64,000 nucleotides of DNA from an uncultured Planctomycetia bacterium (GTDB taxonomy: Bacteria > Omnitrophota > Gorgyraeia > 2-02-FULL-51-18): contig CAYODQ010000002.1 of NCBI GenBank assembly GCA_964402785.1, positions 5,763-69,762 of the forward strand. Direction: 5' to 3'. Below, piece by piece: positions 60,434 to 64,000 of this stretch. A program made the position numbers and the translations under genes. Position 1 is the stretch's first letter, and the number at the start of each line of letters is the position of its first letter. The notes beneath the pieces are model-generated. The model was not told the origin of the DNA and ran no database searches. It was given only the letters and a program-made list of their open reading frames with translations.

Positions 60434-61476
60434 GAGGTCATATTCTTAAACATCAATGTGATAGCGACCATCACAGTATTGTGCAGCATATGCGCTGCGA
60501 TGGGCGTCACAAGAGAACCCGTGGATTCATAAAGATAGGTCAAAAAAAGTCCTAGAAAAAGGATGGGCAGAAAAGCCACGGCATTAAAATGAAACGCTGC
60601 AAAGATGGCGGATGACAAGATCGCTGCCGGCCAAATACCCCACTTTTTTTTGAGCGCCCCAAATGCAAACCCCCTAAAAAACATCTCCTCCAAAATAGGG
60701 CCGAGTAGAGCAACGAACAATGTAAAAGCGACAAGATAGGACTCGGTTGATTCTTTAAGAAAGATCTGTACCACGTTCTGAGGCTCCGGCTCATACGTAA
60801 AAAATTTGAGGATCAGCGAAAGCCAGGCAAAAATAAAAATTAGAGGCGGGATCACCGCCAAATATCCCCACAACGCTTCACGGATGCGTGCGAAAAACTT
60901 CTGAGATGTAAAACCCAGCTCCCGCAACCCCTGGCCGAATTTGAGCCGCACCAGAAGCAAAACAAATAAAGCCACTGCAAAATTCCTAAGCAGGCTGTGC
61001 ACCAGCAAATAATAATCTTTTGGCATATGCATCCAATCCATGGCCAACGATAAAACATAAAAAATATATAGCAGGATCTCCACGAAGAACAGGAAGACAA
61101 ATGCCTGAAAAACGGCACGCCCACCCCACCGCGGCTCGGGCAAATGTGTGCGCATCGATACGATCGGCTGATTGCGAGATCTTTTTTGGATAAGAATAAT
61201 ATCTGCGATCACCCCGCCCACCAGGAGAGCCAAAAAAGCAAATGAAAAGCCGGCAGAGACAGCGGGCGCCTCAGAAAATTTCTCTTTTAGCCGCCTCTCT
61301 TTAGATTTGAATTCTTGGATCGTTTCGGATCTCTCCGCGGCTTGCTGCGCAATATGCGCTGTATCTTTTTTATCGGCATGATCGGCGACGAGGGTGAGAG
61401 AGTAAAAAATGGCAATGAACACCAGCATTAAAAAAGTCCAAATATTGGACTTTATCCAGGAAGCTATAAATTTCAC
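60430..61476 (-). CDS. CPBP (CAAX/Abi family) intramembrane metalloprotease
   Basis: Multi-TM protein; EE..FRG, FAAFH, AHMLHN. Confidence 0.9.
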   Translation of the reverse strand: MKFIASWIKSNIWTFLMLVFIAIFYSLTLVADHADKKDTAHIAQQAAERSETIQEFKSKERRLKEKFSEAPAVSAGFSFAFLALLVGGVIADIILIQKRSRNQPIVSMRTHLPEPRWGGRAVFQAFVFLFFVEILLYIFYVLSLAMDWMHMPKDYYLLVHSLLRNFAVALFVLLLVRLKFGQGLRELGFTSQKFFARIREALWGYLAVIPPLIFIFAWLSLILKFFTYEPEPQNVVQIFLKESTESYLVAFTLFVALLGPILEEMFFRGFAFGALKKKWGIWPAAILSSAIFAAFHFNAVAFLPILFLGLFLTYLYESTGSLVTPIAAHMLHNTVMVAITLMFKNMTS

Positions 61477-62249
61477 GTAAGACTGAGCCCAAAAAAACGG
61501 GACGCATTTTGAGTGGTTTGAAAAGCCAGGTCTTCAACTGACACATTTCGCTTCTGTGCCAAAAAAGAAGCTACTTCAGCGACGAACGCCGGTTCATTGC
61601 GCTTTCCTCTAAAGATCTGTGGCGCAAGATAAGGAGAATCGGTCTCCAACAGCATCCTGTCTGCCGGCACGAAACTCGCAGCATCCAAAACCGGCACGGC
61701 ATTCTTATAGGTCACGGTCGCGGTGAAAGACACCAAAAAGCCGATATCCAGAAGCTTGGTCAACGCGTCGCGATCGTAGGAATAACAATGCATGACCCCG
61801 CGAAGCTTGCCTTCGTTTTCTTTGATCAACATCTCATAGGTGTCCTCAAACGCATTTCGCGAGTGGATGACCACAGGAAGATCGTATTTTTGCGCTACAT
61901 GAAGCATATGGCGAAATATCTTTTTCTGGATCGCGGCGTCACCCTCGCTCTTATAATAATCCAGCCCTATCTCACCGATCGCCACAGGCTTTGTTTTTTG
62001 AATAAAATCTTCCAGGGTCAACAAACCAGTCTCATCGATCTCATGCGCATGATGCGGATGAAGACCGGCTGTGTGCCGCATCGATGGCTCTTGTGAGGCC
62101 AATCGCCAGGCAGCCTCATTCGTTGCGTTGTCCGTGCCAACATTGATCATACATTCAACGCCTGCTTTTTTGGCGCGCGACAACATGTCAGCCCGATCCG
62201 CGTCAAAATCGGGAAAATGCAAGTGACAATGTGTATCCACCAGCCTCAT
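61473..62249 (-). CDS. tatD: TatD-family hydrolase
   Basis: DTHCH, GLHPH, GEIGLDY, HSR, HC, ETDSPYLAP, NEP. Confidence 0.93.
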   Translation of the reverse strand: MRLVDTHCHLHFPDFDADRADMLSRAKKAGVECMINVGTDNATNEAAWRLASQEPSMRHTAGLHPHHAHEIDETGLLTLEDFIQKTKPVAIGEIGLDYYKSEGDAAIQKKIFRHMLHVAQKYDLPVVIHSRNAFEDTYEMLIKENEGKLRGVMHCYSYDRDALTKLLDIGFLVSFTATVTYKNAVPVLDAASFVPADRMLLETDSPYLAPQIFRGKRNEPAFVAEVASFLAQKRNVSVEDLAFQTTQNASRFFGLSLT

Positions 62250-63403
62250 GAGGATCCTGTGCTCGACCTTCTAAGGCGGGCAACAATCTTCGGAATAGCT
62301 TCCGACACACGATCGATCTCGGCATCGGTCGTATAACGTCCCAAAGAAAAGCGGATAGCGGATCGCGCCCTTTTCTCTCCCAAGCCCATTGCCAAAAGAA
62401 CATGAGATGGCTCGACAGATCCAGCCGTACAAGCAGATCCCGTAGAAACATAAATTTTATCCAGATCCAAATTGACCAAAAGCGTCTCTCCGTCAATGCC
62501 GTCAAATGACAGATTGAGGGTGTTGTATATGCGACTCTCTGCATGTCCGTTCAGGTGAGTATCGGATATCTTTTTGGTCAAAGCCGTTTGCAACCTGTCC
62601 CTAAGTATTTTCACGCGCTTTGTTTCGTCCGAACGATTTATCTCGCAAAGCTGCACAGCCTTTCCCATCCCAACAATACCCGCAACATTTTCGGTGCCAG
62701 GTCGGATATTTTTCTCCTGATGTCCGCCGTGAAACAACGATTTAATTTTCACGCCCTTTCGGATATAGAGAGCGCCAACTCCTTTGGGAGCGCATATTTT
62801 GTGAGCCGACAATGACAGGAGATCCGCGCCCCATTCTGACGGTTTGACCTCCATTTTGCCAAACGACTGGACTGCATCCACATGAAAGATCGCGCCAGAT
62901 CTTTGGCAAAGCGAAGCCAGCTCTTTGATAGGCTGGATGGTCCCAACCTCATTGTTCACGTGCATGACACTGACAAGCGCTGTCTTGTCCGAAATTTTTT
63001 GGCGCACAAAATCAACATCAACAAAACCATCACGGCTGACGGGTATGAATTCCACCGAATACCCAGATCGAGCCAGCACCTGAGCAGGGCTAAGCACGGC
63101 CTGATGCTCGAAGGCTGACACCAATAAATGTTTGCGGCCTTTTTCTTCCTGTGCCAACAGCGCGCCTTTTATCGATAAATTATCAGACTCTGTCCCACCG
63201 GAGGTAAAAAATACATCTCCCGCCTCCACCGACAAACTTTCAGCAACAAGCTCCCTCGCCTCTTCGATCGCATGACGAGCTGTCTGTCCTTTTTGATGAA
63301 AGCTAGAGGCGTTGGCAAAATGCTGAGTCAAATAAGGACGCATTGCCTCGAATACCTCAGGATCCACAGGAGTTGTGGCATTGTAATCAAGATAGGCTTC
63401 CAT
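62246..63403 (-). CDS. Cysteine desulfurase (IscS/NifS group I)
   Basis: YLDYNATTP, TSGGTES, SAHK, GSAC (catalytic Cys), SHVL.AMG. Confidence 0.93.
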   Translation of the reverse strand: MEAYLDYNATTPVDPEVFEAMRPYLTQHFANASSFHQKGQTARHAIEEARELVAESLSVEAGDVFFTSGGTESDNLSIKGALLAQEEKGRKHLLVSAFEHQAVLSPAQVLARSGYSVEFIPVSRDGFVDVDFVRQKISDKTALVSVMHVNNEVGTIQPIKELASLCQRSGAIFHVDAVQSFGKMEVKPSEWGADLLSLSAHKICAPKGVGALYIRKGVKIKSLFHGGHQEKNIRPGTENVAGIVGMGKAVQLCEINRSDETKRVKILRDRLQTALTKKISDTHLNGHAESRIYNTLNLSFDGIDGETLLVNLDLDKIYVSTGSACTAGSVEPSHVLLAMGLGEKRARSAIRFSLGRYTTDAEIDRVSEAIPKIVARLRRSSTGSS

Positions 63404-63434
63404 AAGTTACGATCCCATATGGAGGTGGGTCCAG

Positions 63435-64000
63435 CTATTCATTTTTGGGAAGTTCGATGCGAGGAAACAGCGAAGAACCTTTTGAAATAACGCCGCCCTT
63501 TTCAAAGAAACCCCATGAGTCATCTTTGAAAGGTGATGACGCAGGGCTTCCCGACAATCCTAGTTGAGCCCAGATCTCTTGTGACTTGGTTGGCATGAAC
63601 GGATAAACGGCCTGCGATATGACCTTGAGATGCTCGCACAAAGTGCGCATGACGATATCCACCTCTTCCTTTTTTCCCTCTTTGGCCAACTTCCATGGCG
63701 CTTTTTGTTCGATGTATTCATTCATACACATCACGACACCCCAGATATTTTCCAGAGCTTGAGAGAAGGCAAGATTACTCATGTGCAGCCCAACGATGCC
63801 GGGTAATTTATCCATATCATTTGTGTATTGACCCTTGGCTTCGCCAACATTTTTAACCATCTTGCCGGCGGGGATATGACCTTGGCAATATTTCTCGCAC
63901 ATTGTCAGCGTTCGGCTTAAAAGATTTCCCAATCCATTAGCCAAATCTGCATTGGCCCGAGTTATCAGGGCTTCTTCACTAAAAGTGCCATCCTGCCCGA
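63435..64000 (-). CDS. metG: Methionine--tRNA ligase, C-terminal part (5' end outside the window; no C-terminal tRNA-binding domain)
   Basis: Frame is open to the window edge: GQDGTFSEEALITRANADLANGLGNLLSR, N.YI...APW.L, PFMP, LFPRI; precedes tatD as is usual. Confidence 0.92.
   Translation of the reverse strand, partial: GQDGTFSEEALITRANADLANGLGNLLSRTLTMCEKYCQGHIPAGKMVKNVGEAKGQYTNDMDKLPGIVGLHMSNLAFSQALENIWGVVMCMNEYIEQKAPWKLAKEGKKEEVDIVMRTLCEHLKVISQAVYPFMPTKSQEIWAQLGLSGSPASSPFKDDSWGFFEKGGVISKGSSLFPRIELPKNE

Noticed and set aside
60430-62249. CPBP/Abi protease plus TatD as an anti-phage system
   Set aside because: metG-tatD is ordinary housekeeping synteny and CPBP proteins are widespread. 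Nothing else here suggests a defence island.

Overview
A 64-kb block of core bacterial housekeeping genes (about 60 CDS), all on the minus strand and mostly abutting or overlapping. The host is a diderm, LPS-producing bacterium; the gene fusions and order loosely suggest an uncultivated PVC-group lineage such as Omnitrophota, which is inference only. In transcription order (right to left): metG(partial)-iscS-tatD-CPBP-thiL-tsaE-tsaB-alr | ilvB-ilvN-ilvC-leader-leuA | aroE-pilD-aroC-aroK-dprA-[ThiS::topA]-xerC-waaA-lpxK-[lpxL::ELM1]-[GT4::GT9]-deacetylase-GT9-[GT9::GT9]-DUF3108 | structured ~550-bp intergenic region | rfaE-kdsB-pyrG-kdsA-kdsD-kdsC-[lptC::lptA]-lptB-hpf-tig-clpP-aminotransferase-serA-purA-uppS-cdsA-dxr-rseP-proS | rimP-nusA-infB-trpS-scpA-scpB-pheA-hisC-tyrA-cmk-plsC-rpsA | tyrS(partial). 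I saw no rRNA, tRNA, CRISPR array or transposase. The most striking observation is a complete ubiquitin-like ThiS domain ending in GGG fused in frame to the N-terminus of topoisomerase I. Other highlights: an unannotated Leu/Ile/Val-rich leader peptide before leuA that looks like a translational attenuator; GTAG-type REP doublets, one inserted in frame inside cmk; 7- and 8-mer tandem repeats that enter protein termini and form hairpins around start or stop codons; a half dif-like site next to MITE-like inverted repeats; several LPS enzyme fusions; and a candidate leaderless tyrS.
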